A DNA stretch of 61,472 nucleotides, counting the filler, from Jimgerdemannia flammicorona (taxonomy: Eukaryota): NCBI GenBank assembly GCA_003990765.1. It is 3 parts of 3 records of this genome, joined end to end, with 100 filler letters (N's around TTAATTAATTAA, not from the genome) between each part and the next. Parts side by side here need not be neighbours in the genome. Positions count along the whole stretch, not along the records: positions 1 to 20,432 come from RBNJ01001687.1; positions 20,533 to 40,953 come from RBNJ01001688.1; 1 more part is not named here. One strand, written 5' to 3'. A model generated the notes under the pieces. The model was not told the DNA's origin and did not search any database. It saw only the letters and a list, made by a program, of their open reading frames with translations. Positions 11,087-23,930 of the stretch are shown piece after piece. A program made the translations under genes and the position numbers. Each line of letters starts with the position of its first letter. Positions within the stretch are counted from its first letter, which is position 1.

Positions 11087-14000
11087 ATGGTGAACCAACA
11101 GATTCTTGATCTCACAGTCCAAGTAGCTATAATGGTAGCAACCATTACTGCCTTAGCTAAACAGATCTGACCTACAAAAAATCTGAGCCTACCTACCTTC
11201 AATGGTACTATACAAGAAGTCCAAAGCTTCATTAGTGTAGTTGACACCAACTTCAAAGCCAATCAATGGACCAATGAGTGAGTTGCTGACTGTATTCTGA
11301 CAAACAATCAAGACCACACTCTGGAACAACTCTTTGCTACCACTACAGCCTATGTCCGCCAAGTTATTACATTCTTCCGAGGACCTGCCGAAGAATGGTG
11401 GCAAACCCTTCCTGAAAAACCCCTCACATGGGATACCTGACCTGCAGTAGTTGCTCAGAATGCAGCAAACAATGCCCCAGGATATGGAGCCCATCCTGCA
11501 GCCCCTGGACTCAAACAACTTATGATTGCTCAATATCACAGTGAAACTATGATTTCCGAATCTCGAGTAAAACTCCACAGCCTCAAATTTGATGTATATG
11601 GCAAAGAAGAATTCGAAACCTTCTATACAAAACTCGAGTCACTCCTGAACACTGTTGGCCTAGGATATATCACCAATGATGAAGCATGAAATGGTACAAG
11701 AGCAGACCATTTATTCGATGCCCTGCCTGAATGGCTTACTAGAAAAATCCGAGAACAAGGCCACCCAGTTGGTTGTGACCACCAACAATGGTACCTGGTA
11801 AGAATCAAGACTATGGTCAAGCGAATCCTAACAGCTGGACCAATTCTGCCCTGAAGACAATTCAACAACAAGGAAAAGACTTGGACCAAGAAAGAAGAAC
11901 CCAAGCATGAAGCATCCCGAGCTCCCTCCACATCCACCTCTTGGACACTGAGAAATCATGAACCTACCCAGCCAAGTACCTTCAAGAAACTTACTGAAGG
12001 CGAAAGGAATGAACTTTGAAGAAGCAGAGCATGCTTCTATTGCCAAAAGACAGGACACATGGCCAGTGCCTGCCCTAACCGAAAACCCTGAACAGCAACA
12101 AGAGCAACCATTACCACTCTGCACCACCTCAACAACCTGACCACCAGAACACTGAACTTTGTCAAGTTAAGACAAACTACTAAAGCCCCAACCAAAGGAA
12201 GTCAGAAAGCAGCTGGATATGACCTGTATACAGCTGAAGAAGCTACAGTTTCCAACTGAGAAGTCAAACAAGTCTATACAGGAATCAGCATCCAAATCTC
12301 TGAAGGACATATTGGAAGAATATACTGTCACAGCAGCCTAGCATTGAAAGGACTCTCAGTAGAAGGAGGAGTCATTGATGAGGATTATACAGGCGAAATT
12401 ATTGTCCTCATCCAAAACTACAGTTGGACACCCTTCAAGATCTCTAGTGATTTCTGCATTGCCCAGATCCTATTTGAGAAAATCGAGTCAACCCTGATAG
12501 TCAAAGAAGTCTCTGAACTACTACCTACCATCTGAGGATCCAAAGGATTTGGCTCATCCAACAAGGCCCCAGCCCAACCTACCATGAACAAAGAAGAACA
12601 ATTCTACAAGAAAATCGAAGATGGATATGTACCAAGTGGCCAATGTCCCCATGGCATTGGAATGTACTCTTCCCAAATGATTGATAATTGCTTCTCTTGT
12701 GTCAATGAACTGGCTCAAAGAAGAACCAATAGAAGGAAAGCTCCTACAACTGAAATCATCACCATTGGATCAGACAAACTGCTCACACTTAAGGCTTTTG
12801 TCAACTGAGCACCTGTTAAGATTATGATAGATAGTGGTGCCTCAGACAACTTCATCAATGAAGAGACAGCGAACAGACTCAAGGTCTTTACCTCTCCAGT
12901 ACAGCAAACTTAAGCAGTTGCTACAGCTGATGGGACCTCACATGTTATTAGCAAAGAAGTCCGCAATCTACCCCTCCAAATTGGCGACTACCAAGTACAT
13001 ATTACCCTCCAAATCGTACCACTTCCTGACAATGAAATCATCCTTGGGACTCTATGGTTAAAACAAGAGAACCCTATGATCGATTGGGTAAACCACTTTC
13101 TGACCATCAAGAAAGGACACCACAACTTCAAACTGCAAGGCGAAAAGGACCCACTTAATTCTGGCAACCCTGTACTAAAGATCACCCACATCAACAAGCT
13201 ACAACTCAAGAAATTGGCCAAGAAATGCCCTCTCTTCGCCATCTCCATCTGCCCATCCAAAGGAGAACCCGAGAACTCTGAAGAAGACTTTTCCAAAGTT
13301 GACAGCCATGTCAGACCACTACTCCAGAAATTTTGAGACATATTCCCAAAGAAGCTCCCAAAAGGCCTACCTTCTAAGCGAGCTGTAGACCATACCATCA
13401 AGACTATTCCAGATGCCAAACCTGCCTTCAAGTCAATCTACCACATATCTCTGAGAGAAATCAATGCACTCAAGAAAGAAATTGATAAACTCCTAGAATA
13501 AGGATTTATCAGACCCAGTGTATCACCTTATGGTGCACCAGTCCTATTTGTTGTCAAGAAAGGAGGAGACCTGCAAATGTGCATTGACTACTGCGATCTC
13601 AATGGACAGACCATCAAGAACTGTTGCCCACTACCAAGGATCAATGAAATATTCGATAGACTTACCAACCCACAATTCATGAGCTCTTTTGACCTGTGAA
13701 ATGGTTACTAGCAAATTGCCATGAAAGAAGAAGACATCTACAAGACAGCCTTCTGAACTTGCTATGGACACTTTGAGTTCCTGATTATGCCCTTTGGCTT
13801 AACTAATGCTCCAGCAACCTTCCAGACACTGATAAATACCATTCTGCATCCATACCTAGACAAATTCATCATTGTCTACATTGATGACATCCTAGTCTTT
13901 GGCAAAACCCTGGAGGAACATCTTGAACACCTTGAACTAGTACTACTGAAACTCTGACAAAACCGACTCTTTGCAAAACTCAGCAAGTGCAAATTTCTCC

Positions 14001-16219
14001 TGAAAGAAATTCAATTCCTTGGACATATTGTCACTCCAAATGGAATCAAAGTGGATCCCAGCAAAATCTCCGCAATCAAGGATTGGCCCAGACCAAAGAA
14101 GCTGAAAGACCTCCAGTCATTCCTGGAATTAGCAAACTATTACAGGCGATTTGTTGCCAACTTTGCTAAAATCGCTACCACCCTCACCCAAATGACCAAG
14201 TATAGCAAGAAACTAGAACAACCCTAGACCATAAAACAAGAGAAAGACTTCAACAATCTTGTAACTTGGGGACCCAAACAAGATACCGCCTTTCAAGCAC
14301 TGAAAGATGCCCTGATAACTACCCCAGTACTTCAAGTGGCAAATCCTGCCCTACCATATGAAGTCAATACTGATGCCTCTGACCTAGCTCTTGGAGCAGT
14401 ACTCATGCAAGAAGGACACCCTGTGGCCTATCATTCCTACAAGTTCAATGATGCTGAAATTAACTATGCAATCCATGAGAAGGAAATCCTAGCCATTGTA
14501 GACACTCTGATCAAATGGCAACCATATCTAGAAGGAGCACACTTCACTGTATTAACTGACCACAAGTCATTAGTCAACATCAAGACTCAGGCTACCCTTT
14601 CCCAAAAGCAAGCCAGATGAATGAAAGTCCTCACCAACTTTGACTATGAAATCCAGTACCGCCCTGGCAAGGAAAATATTGTTGCTAATGCAATCTCCAG
14701 ACCACCCATTGAAGAAGTTATTCAAACTCTCACCTTGGTTACAAACTCCATCATGGAACAAATTACCACAGCATGCACTGATGATAAAGAAGCTCAAGTA
14801 CTCCGTGAAATCCTAAACAGTGATGATGCTGATAAATATACCTGGTATAATCAATACCAACTCAAGGACAATGCTATCTACTACAAAGACAGACTGTATG
14901 TCCCAAACAACTGAGACCTCTGAAGGACTATCCTATTTGAATATCATGATACCCCTACAGCTGGATATTTAGGATTTGATAAATGTTATGAAGTTATCTC
15001 CTGAAACTTCTATTGGCCCCATATGGCAGATCAGCTCAAAACCTACATCACTTCCTGTGATGCCTGCCAACAAAACAAGTCCTCAACACTAGCAAAACCT
15101 GGCTTACTACACCCTATCCCAGTACCATTCGCAAATTGGGAACAAATCTCTATGGACTTCATTGTACAACTACCCTGAACCAAGAATAGGAAAGATACAA
15201 TTGTTGTCTTTGTGGACTATCTCAGCAAACAAGCCCACTTCGTACCTACTATCACTACTGCAACAGCACCAGACATAGCCACACTCTTGTTTGATAACAT
15301 CTTCTGCTGTCATGGTCTTCCCAAGATCATTGTTAGTGACTGAGACCCGAAATTCACCAGCCACTTTTGGAAAGCCCTCCATGCACACCTTGGAACAAAA
15401 CTTGCACTATCCACAGCCTTTTATCCAGAAACTGATGGCCAAACTGAAAGAATGAACCAAACTCTGAAACAAATGCTAAGAAACTATGTTTCCTACAGAC
15501 AAGATGACTGGCATGAACACCTCACTGCAGTTGAGTTTGCCTATAACAATAGCAAGCAAGCCTCTCTTGAAATGACCCCATTCTTCACCAACACTGGACA
15601 AAACCCAAACACCCCTTTGACACTCATCCAAACTACTGAAGAACCCTCCACAGTCGAAGCTATTGAAGAATTCTTACTCTGAATGTGTAATCTAAACCAG
15701 ATCACAATTGAGAATTTATCGTGAGCCCAAGAACAACAGTCACAGTATGTTAACCAACACTACCAAGAAGAAACCTTTGATATTGGAGAAAAGGTTCTAC
15801 TAGACATTAGAGGATACTGAGTTGACAACCTCAAGTATAGACCATCTACAAAGCTGAACAGCAAGTTCATTGGACCATTTGAAGTCATTGCACAAGTTTC
15901 TCCAACCTCTTACAAATTGGCGCTACCAGACACCATTAAGATTCACCCAGTCTTTAATGTTCAACATCTCAAGTGATACAATGAAAATGATGAGGAGCTA
16001 TTCCTAAACCAGACCACCAAATCACCTGCACCTGTTATTATTAATGATCAAGAAGAGTACAAAGTTGAACAAATCCTCAACAAACGTGGCAACAAGAGCC
16101 ACCCTGAGTACCTTGTCAAATGGAAAGGTTATCCAATCCACAATGCAACCTGGGAACCCAAGACCAATCTCCAGAATGCTACCGACCTAGTTCAGGAATA
16201 TGATTCCTTGAACAACTAG
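11087..16219 (+). pseudogene. Family A single-frame gag-pol: gag, CCHC, dUTPase, CPHG motif, protease, RT, RNase H, integrase, chromodomain
   Basis: CFYCQKTGHMASAC (12032), IMIDSGASDNF (~12825), VYIDDIL (~13875), NTDASDLALGAVL (~14366), ISMDFIVQLP (~15147), KFIGPFEV (~15863), [17 protein letters not shown] (~16109-16160). All in one frame; stops are mostly TGA at Arg positions. Confidence 0.95.
12152..12560 (+). pseudogene. dUTPase domain of family A, between gag CCHC and protease
   Basis: AAGYDLY, TGISIQI, SSLALKG, GGVIDEDYTGEI, IAQI and (R)GSKGFGSS match the trimeric dUTPase motifs. Confidence 0.93.
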
Positions 16220-16409
16220 AACCAAATACTCTACACCTACCCATATATTATCCTTCCGAACATTATAATTATTGGAGACCAAACCAAGAACTCAGCAAAA
16301 CAAGACAAGAATACTGACCCTCTGGAAAAAATGGTAAAACGGAAAGCAAGCCTATTTTTTCTATACCACTGAACAAAATTAGAAGGCCCCGATGAGGACA
16401 TCAAAAGCT

Positions 16410-16422
16410 AAGAAGGGGAGAG
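16410..16422 (+). promoter_or_regulatory. Polypurine tract of family A
   Basis: AAGAAGGGGAGAG immediately before the 3' LTR. Confidence 0.9.
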
Positions 16423-16423
16423 T

Positions 16424-18497
16424 TGTAAGTGCACAATCTCCAAGCCACCAAAATTACATGTCACCCTCCGAACAAGTCACTGAAATCACATGCGACCCCT
16501 GAACAAATCTGGAAATCACCTGCTCGATCATGAAGCTGAGTCAAACTGAAGTCACAGCACACAAAGCTGAGTTAATATGAAGTCACAGAACACAAGATCT
16601 ATACAAATGGAATCTTACCAATCAGGATCAAATGTATATATACCGAGCACCAAGATGCATCAAATCAGAGAACTAAAACAAAACAACAACTACAACTTCC
16701 AAACACACAAACATGACCACCAAGATTTATATCCACATCTGCACTGACATTTGGAATGCTATTGTCAACTGAGCCACACCCCCTCTGCCCCTCATGAATA
16801 TCCATAGCCTAGCACCTCTCTACTTTGTAGAAGCCCATTGGAATGCTCTGAATATGCTTAGCGAGGCCCACCGAATTGGACAAATCTCAAGCTACTACCA
16901 GATCGGCCACCTCCTGGAAGACATGGTCAAACACCACCATGATACAGACATTACTGAGATGTCTCAACACCAGAAGCTCATTGCCTGCAAACATCGAGAA
17001 CTCTTCTACAAGTACAGTACCATTATTCCCCACCTCTGAGTTATCATCAACGAAATGGTTGCTACCCTGTCCTATGGCCAAATTGATGACATGATACAAG
17101 AACTTAACCACAAGTACCTCGAGTACATTGAAACCACAGACAGAACCTTCCCACACCCCAATGATCATATCCTGCAAATGCCCCAAGTTGGATATGCCAT
17201 GAAAGACATCTATGATATAATCCACTTTGATGAAGATGAAGCAGAAGACAATGATCCCTCTGACGCCGACATGACCTCTAGCCAAGGATCCCTACCAACT
17301 CTGATCACACCACCAACCTTGCTGATGAACTTACAATAGTTCATAACCACCTACAAGACTTATTGGGACAATGACCACTGGCATGAATATCAACCTGCAT
17401 TCACCCCTGATTACTTCAACTACAATGAAGAGACCAGAGAACACAATCTGTACCTTCAGACAACCCTCGAGATCGAACCAACCACTCCACTACCCAAGTA
17501 CGAGTGACATGAACCACAGCCACCAGCTTACTATAACCCCATGACTCATAGTGCTGTAACCTATAGAAGATATGCAGACAGCAAATCTGATGAAAGTGAA
17601 AATAATGCACCCCTCCTTTGCCCACCAATACCTTATCCAGTATATGAGACAGATAATGCCATCCTGTGGGACGGAGATGAAGTTCCAATGTATTATTACC
17701 TCAGTGAACAAGGAGAAGTAATCCGTGAACCACTCTTCCTAGATGACTACTTCATCAGAGATGATGCAATCGATAGTGATGTCATCAAAGACTACCTAGA
17801 CAGTACCTAAACCCATAAATAGCCTAGCAGTCATAGTATAGTTAGATTAGCCTTGTATGACGTAACTGTGAACTGACTCAGCAGTCAGATGATCTCTTGA
17901 TATATCAGATCACACTTATACTACGTGACTGCATTCCAACTCAGCAAGGCACTTAGTGCTACATCCATATTCAGCATAGTCCAGATAGCCCCTCACTAGT
18001 ATAAATACCCACTCCCCCAGACCTCAGAATCTCAGACTAGAACAGACTTGAACACACAAGAACATTCCTGAATACTTCCCCACAATATCCCTTTACACAA
18101 CTACTCCTAGTATAGCAATATCATGAATAGCGAATAAACCTATTTAATAACACACAAACTACTTTTAAGTAAATCCACTCCCCATTAGGTCCCACTCCTA
18201 ACCCCCTCACGAAATTTCCTAATTGGGTATTGTCTGCAGCGATATGCCAATTCAACTAAGCTGGTCTTAGTTTTCTTGAACTTTCTGAAATACAGAAAAT
18301 CCTGAATATCCAGAACTAGTCTGAAAAAGGACTTTGGTTGAGATGTCAATCCGATCTTGAAATCAATAAGCATAGAGGATGTACTCTATATGAAATTGAT
18401 CTTGACCATAAGAAAATGGTCTTTCAGAATATCCAGAACTTCCAGAAAACTCTTCCAGAACTATGTAACAGTTACCCTAAAAAGCAACCCTCTTACA
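16424..18497 (+). repeat. Family A 3' LTR (accessory ORF copy at 16713-17810)
   Basis: Direct repeat of 8052-10124. Sampled differences are mostly CA/TG pairs from ancestral CG. Confidence 0.97.
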
Positions 18498-20134
18498 CCA
18501 TGTGTGTTCCATCTTGGTTGATGATGTGGCTGAGATAGGAGATCTCAATTTCTGCGAATTTGTATTTTTTGGGCTTAATATATAGGTTATGCTTTCTCAG
18601 TCTTTCCATTATCTGCCAGATGTACTGTAGGTATTTTTCTGGTGTCTGGCTGTAGATGATTACATCATCAATGTAGACCATCATCCATCTTCCCATGTCA
18701 TAGTAGAAGATTTTGTTCATCATTCACTAGAAACTTGCTGGTGCATTGCACATTTCAAATGGTATTCATAGGTAGACGTAGGTTCCGTCTGGGGTGATGA
18801 AAGCTGACTTTTCACTTGCCATGTCTGTAAGTCCGATTTGGTGGAATCCTGAGTATAAGTCCAAAGTGCTGTAGTACTATTCTTCATCTCCTAGTATTAT
18901 GAGGATGTCATTGATGAGGAGCAGTGGTTGGTGATCCTTCTTGGTAACCATCTTGAGCTTTCTGTAGTCAACACAGAGTCTTGGGGCAAATTTTCCAGAC
19001 TTGCTACTTTTTTTTGGGGCTAGTACAACAGGTGAGGACCAGGGGCTGCTGGCTTCTTTAATGATGCCAGCTTCTTCCATCTGCTTGATTTCTTCTCTGA
19101 GCCATTCTCGGTAGGCTGGTGGGACAGGTCTTGCTTTCTGATAAATTGGTTCAGTGTCTCCAGTATCTACTTCATGATAGTAGTGTGGGGTCTTTCCTTT
19201 GATGTCCTTGAAATCTGTGGCAAGGACATCTTTGAATTCATGGAGTATTTTCTTGAGTTCTTTCTTGAGTGGAAATTCATTTCTAATGGTGTAGCTGTGC
19301 TTGCTTGTGTTTTCCTCCTTCTTATGCTTGAGTTCAGTGATCTTGGTGCTGGCAAATACTCCTCTTCCTGTGGATCCAAATTCTTTCTTTCCTCTTTTTG
19401 TTTCCTCCAGCTTCTTAACTTCTATGATCTTTGGTTATAGGGTTGGAAAGATCAACATTTGTGCCAATCAGTCCTTCTTCTTGACTGGAAATGGGATTGT
19501 AGGATTGTGATTCCTAGCAATGAGTAGAATTTCTCCAGTATAGTCTGAATCAATGACTTCTTCTTTGATTGTGATTTTGCTTCTAGCCAGGCTACTTCTT
19601 GTCTTGAGAATCCCAACATGATCCTTTGGGATGGTCATCTCTAGTCCAGTTGCAAGTAGGGTGGTTGTCTGGGGTTCCAGTACAGTCTCTTCTACTATAG
19701 CAATGTCCATTCTGGCTACATTTTCTGACTTGTATTCTGGCAAGACTGCATCAGGGTAGATCTTTCAAATCTTGACCTTGATTTCTTCTTCATCATCACT
19801 ATCCTCCAGGAGGGCTGGTGGTTCATCATCTTCCTTCTTCTCTTCTTCTCTGATCTGTTTTTCAAGAGCTTTCTGTCTTCTTTCCTGGTGGATCTTCTTG
19901 ATTCCAATAGTGCACTGGTAGCAATCATTGATGTGCTCCATACAGTACATCTTGATCCCATAAGGACGGACTCCTTGTAGTGCATAGCCTTCTGCGATCT
20001 TCTTGCACCATTCTTCTTCACTCATCCATCCAACTTTCTTCTTTTTTGGAGTAGTCATCATATAAGCTTCCTCTTGCTCACTCTCTTCTTCCTTCATATC
20101 AGGCAGGACTCCTTTGTTGACATTGATGGGAATC

Positions 20135-20432
20135 TTGGGATAGACTGCTCCTGGGGGGTGCTCCCTTGGCTGCATTCGATATTGGGGAGGGAGTGGAGTG
20201 TCAGCAGGGGCTTGGCCAGGATCTTTGGCCGGGTGGCTGGCAGGCAGTTGGGATCGGCAAGGAGTGGGACTGGGCGGGCATCTGGTCTTGGAGTGCTGAG
20301 GTACGGCGATGGCTCCCTCCCAAGTACTGGGTGGTATGGTGGAGAATGTTGCAGAGGAATGTTATGCTGAATTACCGCTCAGGGCATTTGGTGGAGGGTG
20401 GACATTTTGACTGCGAGGAGTGCTATGGTGTT
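20135..20432 (+). mobile_element. 5'-truncated L1/Tx1-type LINE fragment (C-terminal ORF2 region) inserted in family B; runs off the contig
   Basis: GQDLWPGGWQAVGIGKEWDW...PKYWVVWWRMLQRNVMLNYRSGHLV matches the LINE at ~41620-41830 (-). Homology to B breaks after GACATTGATGGGAAT. Confidence 0.85.
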
Positions 20433-20532
20433 NNNNNNNNNNNNNNNNNNNNNNNNNNNNNNNNNNNNNNNNNNNNTTAATTAATTAANNNNNNNNNNNN
20501 NNNNNNNNNNNNNNNNNNNNNNNNNNNNNNNN
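20433..20532. other. Artificial contig-joining spacer (N44-TTAATTAATTAA-N44)
   Basis: Six-frame stop linker, exactly 100 bp, identical to 40954-41053. Confidence 0.97.
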
Positions 20533-20581
20533 GGGGGGGGGGTGCGACCTTCAGGGATTTTGTGAGAACTTTGCCAAACTC

Positions 20582-20677
20582 AACTGACTGCACCACAAAC
20601 TGACTGCACCACAAACTGACTGCACCACAAACTGACTGCACCACAAACTGACTGCACCACAAACTGACTGCACCACA
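20582..20677 (+). repeat. Perfect tandem repeat (AACTGACTGCACCACA)x6
   Basis: Six exact head-to-tail 16-bp units with no spacers. Confidence 0.95.
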
Positions 20678-20759
20678 GCAGGATCAACACTGTCCTCATT
20701 ACCATACTGTCAACTGCCCCATACAAGCAACCACAAGCACATAAAATCTCCTCCTCCAC

Positions 20760-21130
20760 CACTACATTGCCAGCACCAAAAAAGGAAGAGAGGTCCTATT
20801 TTTAGTAGATGGATGAGATGACCTCCACAATGCTCAAGTTTCAGCTTGAGCTTGTAGATGACTTTAAAGATTGTAACAGACAGTTGAATACATAGAGCAA
20901 GGTGGTTGAGAGAATGCAAGCAGACCTTCCTCCTTACACTATGGATGGTCTCACTGCTGCTATCGCATAGTCTAAATTTAAGGAGATCTATTCTAAAATT
21001 ATCAAATATCAGATATCTTACAAAAACTCTGATGTTGAGGCAGAAGAACCTCTACAATATTATGAGGTAATTAAGGATATTCTAAGAGAGAAATCTACTA
21101 CTCTTACAGGTCTGCCATATATCTCTACCT
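20760..21130 (+). pseudogene. Decayed Myb/SANT(trihelix)-like ORF, probable PIF/Harbinger partner gene
   Basis: ...SKVVERMQ...SKFKEIYSKII...EPLQYYEVIKDIL resembles a Myb/SANT-like domain, and it converges on a Harbinger transposase. Confidence 0.5.
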
Positions 21131-21989
21131 CTAACAGTGGCAGGAAATATAAATGTACTATTGTTAATAAAGATGAAGATAATCCTCCTATATCAACTAA
21201 AGTTCTCAATACTTCCATATATACTAATGTTCTCAGTAAATATGCTGTTTTAAACTCTTTTGTTGATTTATTGGATGTTGAAGAGAATAGTGTAAGAGGT
21301 GTTGAAGATAGTAGGAAGGAGTCTATCAAATCTATTATCCTTGATAATATTTGGGCCATAGATATCAAGAGATATAATAAGATAAAGTATATACTAAAAA
21401 AGCATTAACCAGTATCAATAACTAATATTAATGCTACTATGAATCCTTTATTTGATAAGTTTCTTGAACATCAGTCTAATAACTTTGATAAATTCCTTCC
21501 TTCTTGCATCTCAACAGTCAATGACAAGTAATATTGTAATGGGTGACAGTATGATGAGAGAAACAGAAATAATAGATACAGGATTAATGAGTGATAGAGT
21601 AATGAGAGGAGCTGAAATAATAAGTAGTAATATGATATCTGTTAACTGGTTAAACATAGGTATGTTGTTATCATCATTCAACTAAAAAGATAGTAGAACA
21701 TAACTAACATACTATATTAAATGATCCAGTAATTCTTACAAATCCAAACTCAAATACTACCACTAAATCTGCAAAGAATACTAGGTAGAATCACAAGTTG
21801 AATTGAGTGTATTGTATAATATAATTATGTATAATTATTTGTAGCATTATATGTATTATATTAGAGTTCTGTCTATGTAGTCTATATATTATCATTTATG
21901 AAAATATTTGCAATAGTATCATATAACTGAATAGGTATCATATTCAGAAATGTAATAATGTCACCAGCTTCTGGTAAAGGCTAGACCTT

Positions 21990-23000
21990 GTTTAGCTGCT
22001 ATATAGCTTGATATTTCTCCAATATCTTAATAAATTCTTCTTCTTCATTCTCCTTTTTACATTGCCTATAATTGACTAATTATTCTTCAAGCAAGAGATC
22101 ATTCCATAATATACAGAGATTGTATAATACAATGCAGACATAAATCAAGGTGAGTATAAAAGAAAGATAATATAATAATATTATATTTAAGCATTGGAAG
22201 TGGTCTTTCAATTTGCCAAAAGCAATCTCAATAGATATATATATAGATATGTTGTTTATAATATTGACATTATTAGTATAAGAGGTAGTTATAGTTCTTA
22301 TATAATGTCATTATAATTAATGAAATAGTATAGATTTTATTCCCAACAAAGACAGTATCATCAGGAATAAAATATTGATTATCTATATTTATTTGATAGA
22401 CATTGGACTCAGTCTACACTATGATATCATGAAAGAGTTTAGTATGATCCACAATACTCTGGAGGATTATCACATAAAACTCTTTATAACAGAACCATTC
22501 TCAGGAGTTAGATATTGTATAATTCTCTGGAGGTTTAATAATTACAATGTATGACCCATTAACAGCCTTGATAATATTCAGATATTCTGAAATTATATAG
22601 AAGCTACTTATGATTTACCTCTACTTGCTGTCTACTTCAGATTATAGATATGAAATCAGATTTTTAAATAGTATCATGATAAGATTACAAACATCTTACA
22701 TAATATATATGATAGTTGTTTAGCCTACTCCAAACTATTGTGCTGCTCATTGAGTTTCACCTATGGTCAGTATCAAAATTGCAATAGCAAGCTGTGTTGA
22801 AGAAGGTATAGGTGGCTTGATAGGTCCAATATATTCATATTTTAGGTGGGGTGTGATGGTATAGAGTATAAGGTCAAATATTGGGTGAGTTATTATCATA
22901 TACTTAAGGAACTAGTCATCAGGCATAGTAAGTAGGATTTCTCAGAACTAAACTGTAGACTTAGGTTAGTCTGGCCTATGAGAGTTTGATATAGGTGGTA
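21990..23000 (-). pseudogene. PIF/Harbinger (HARBI1-like) DDE transposase remnant
   Basis: QLAIAILIL..FGVG.TT, IKAVNGSYI (cf. IGAIDGSHI), IEIAFGKLKDHFQCL (cf. VERAFGRLKGRFRCL), VCIVLYN (cf. ACCVLHN). Confidence 0.8.
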
Positions 23001-23930
23001 AGTGAGAGGCAATGGTCACTGCCATGGTCAACAGAAGAAGATTGTTTGTTGATACTATAAGTAGCATCAACATGATGAGCATGTGGTTAGCGGTAGTGGA
23101 TATAGTGTTGTTTGAGTTAGGATATTTCCTTAGCAAGAAATTTCCTCAAAATTATACTCCTCTAATTTTACAGAGAAAATATACAGAATTTCACATAATA
23201 TCTAACCACAACCAGTGGAAAGTGAGTACAATAATTGCAGACAATTTTGACTTAAGTTGTTGATGTAATAGTATGAAAGAATTTTTTGGAATATTATTGC
23301 TGATGTTTCCTTATTTATAATTACTTTTTATACTCTTAAAAAAAAATTTACTTGAATATTATATTTATGAATCTGACAAACAAATGAGATTGTACCAAGC
23401 TTATACTTATGTTCTTAAATTGATATTGTAACATAGCAGATGCTTACTCTTGAAAGTACAACAGATTTCTGTATCTTGAAAACTTGACAGTTCTGACTCT
23501 TGCAGAGTCTCTTGAAGTTGCAGGGGAGGGTGGGTGAGTTCGAAGTGTATCTGCCTGCAGGCTTACTAGTTTCTTTGCTATCTCTTTGCTTTGAACTATT
23601 TCGATCTGAGGTTTATTCACTTGAAGATACTGGGTTATTTATATAAGTTTGCTAGCTATGAGATGGTCACTGGGTTACATGGCTAAGTTATGAGTCATTT
23701 AACACTTTGCGAAATGTTTTGCCAGTTGTGAAATGCTATACTATATCGGGAAGCTCAATCTTGCACTTTGCAAAATATTTAGCAAGTTGCGAAATCGAGG
23801 ACTATTAACTATGTGGCTATACTACTTTGGGACTGGGTGTGATCAAGTGTCTATTCCCTATTTCCTTCTTCTGAATCTGGCTATACCATCACAACTTCCT
23901 CCTGAATAGATGATCTCATCCCTAAAGCAT

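Larger units (their letters stand above)
8052..18497 (+). mobile_element. Full-length chromoviral Ty3/Gypsy family A (10.4 kb) nested in the RT of family B
   Basis: Two ~2.07-kb LTRs (TGTAAG...CTTACA). 5-bp TSD CCATG at 8047-8051 and 18498-18502. The empty site is visible at 26211-26230. PBS, PPT and gag-pol are all present. Confidence 0.97.
5126..20134 (-). mobile_element. Ty3/Gypsy family B copy 1 (3' LTR, ORF3, IN, RH, RT, dUTPase), interrupted by element A and two LINE insertions; 5' part absent from this contig
   Basis: Colinear with the complete copy at 23427-30129. RT YIDD near 18665-18676, dUTPase at ~19370-19790, integrase at 6100-7100. Confidence 0.95.

Noticed and set aside
20433..20532. 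TTAATTAATTAA palindrome and ORFs spanning the N runs (also 40954-41053)
   Set aside because: Synthetic six-frame-stop linker; no biological adjacency across it.
20582..20677. CRISPR array or telomere
   Set aside because: No spacers, no cas genes, eukaryotic context, and the array is not terminal.
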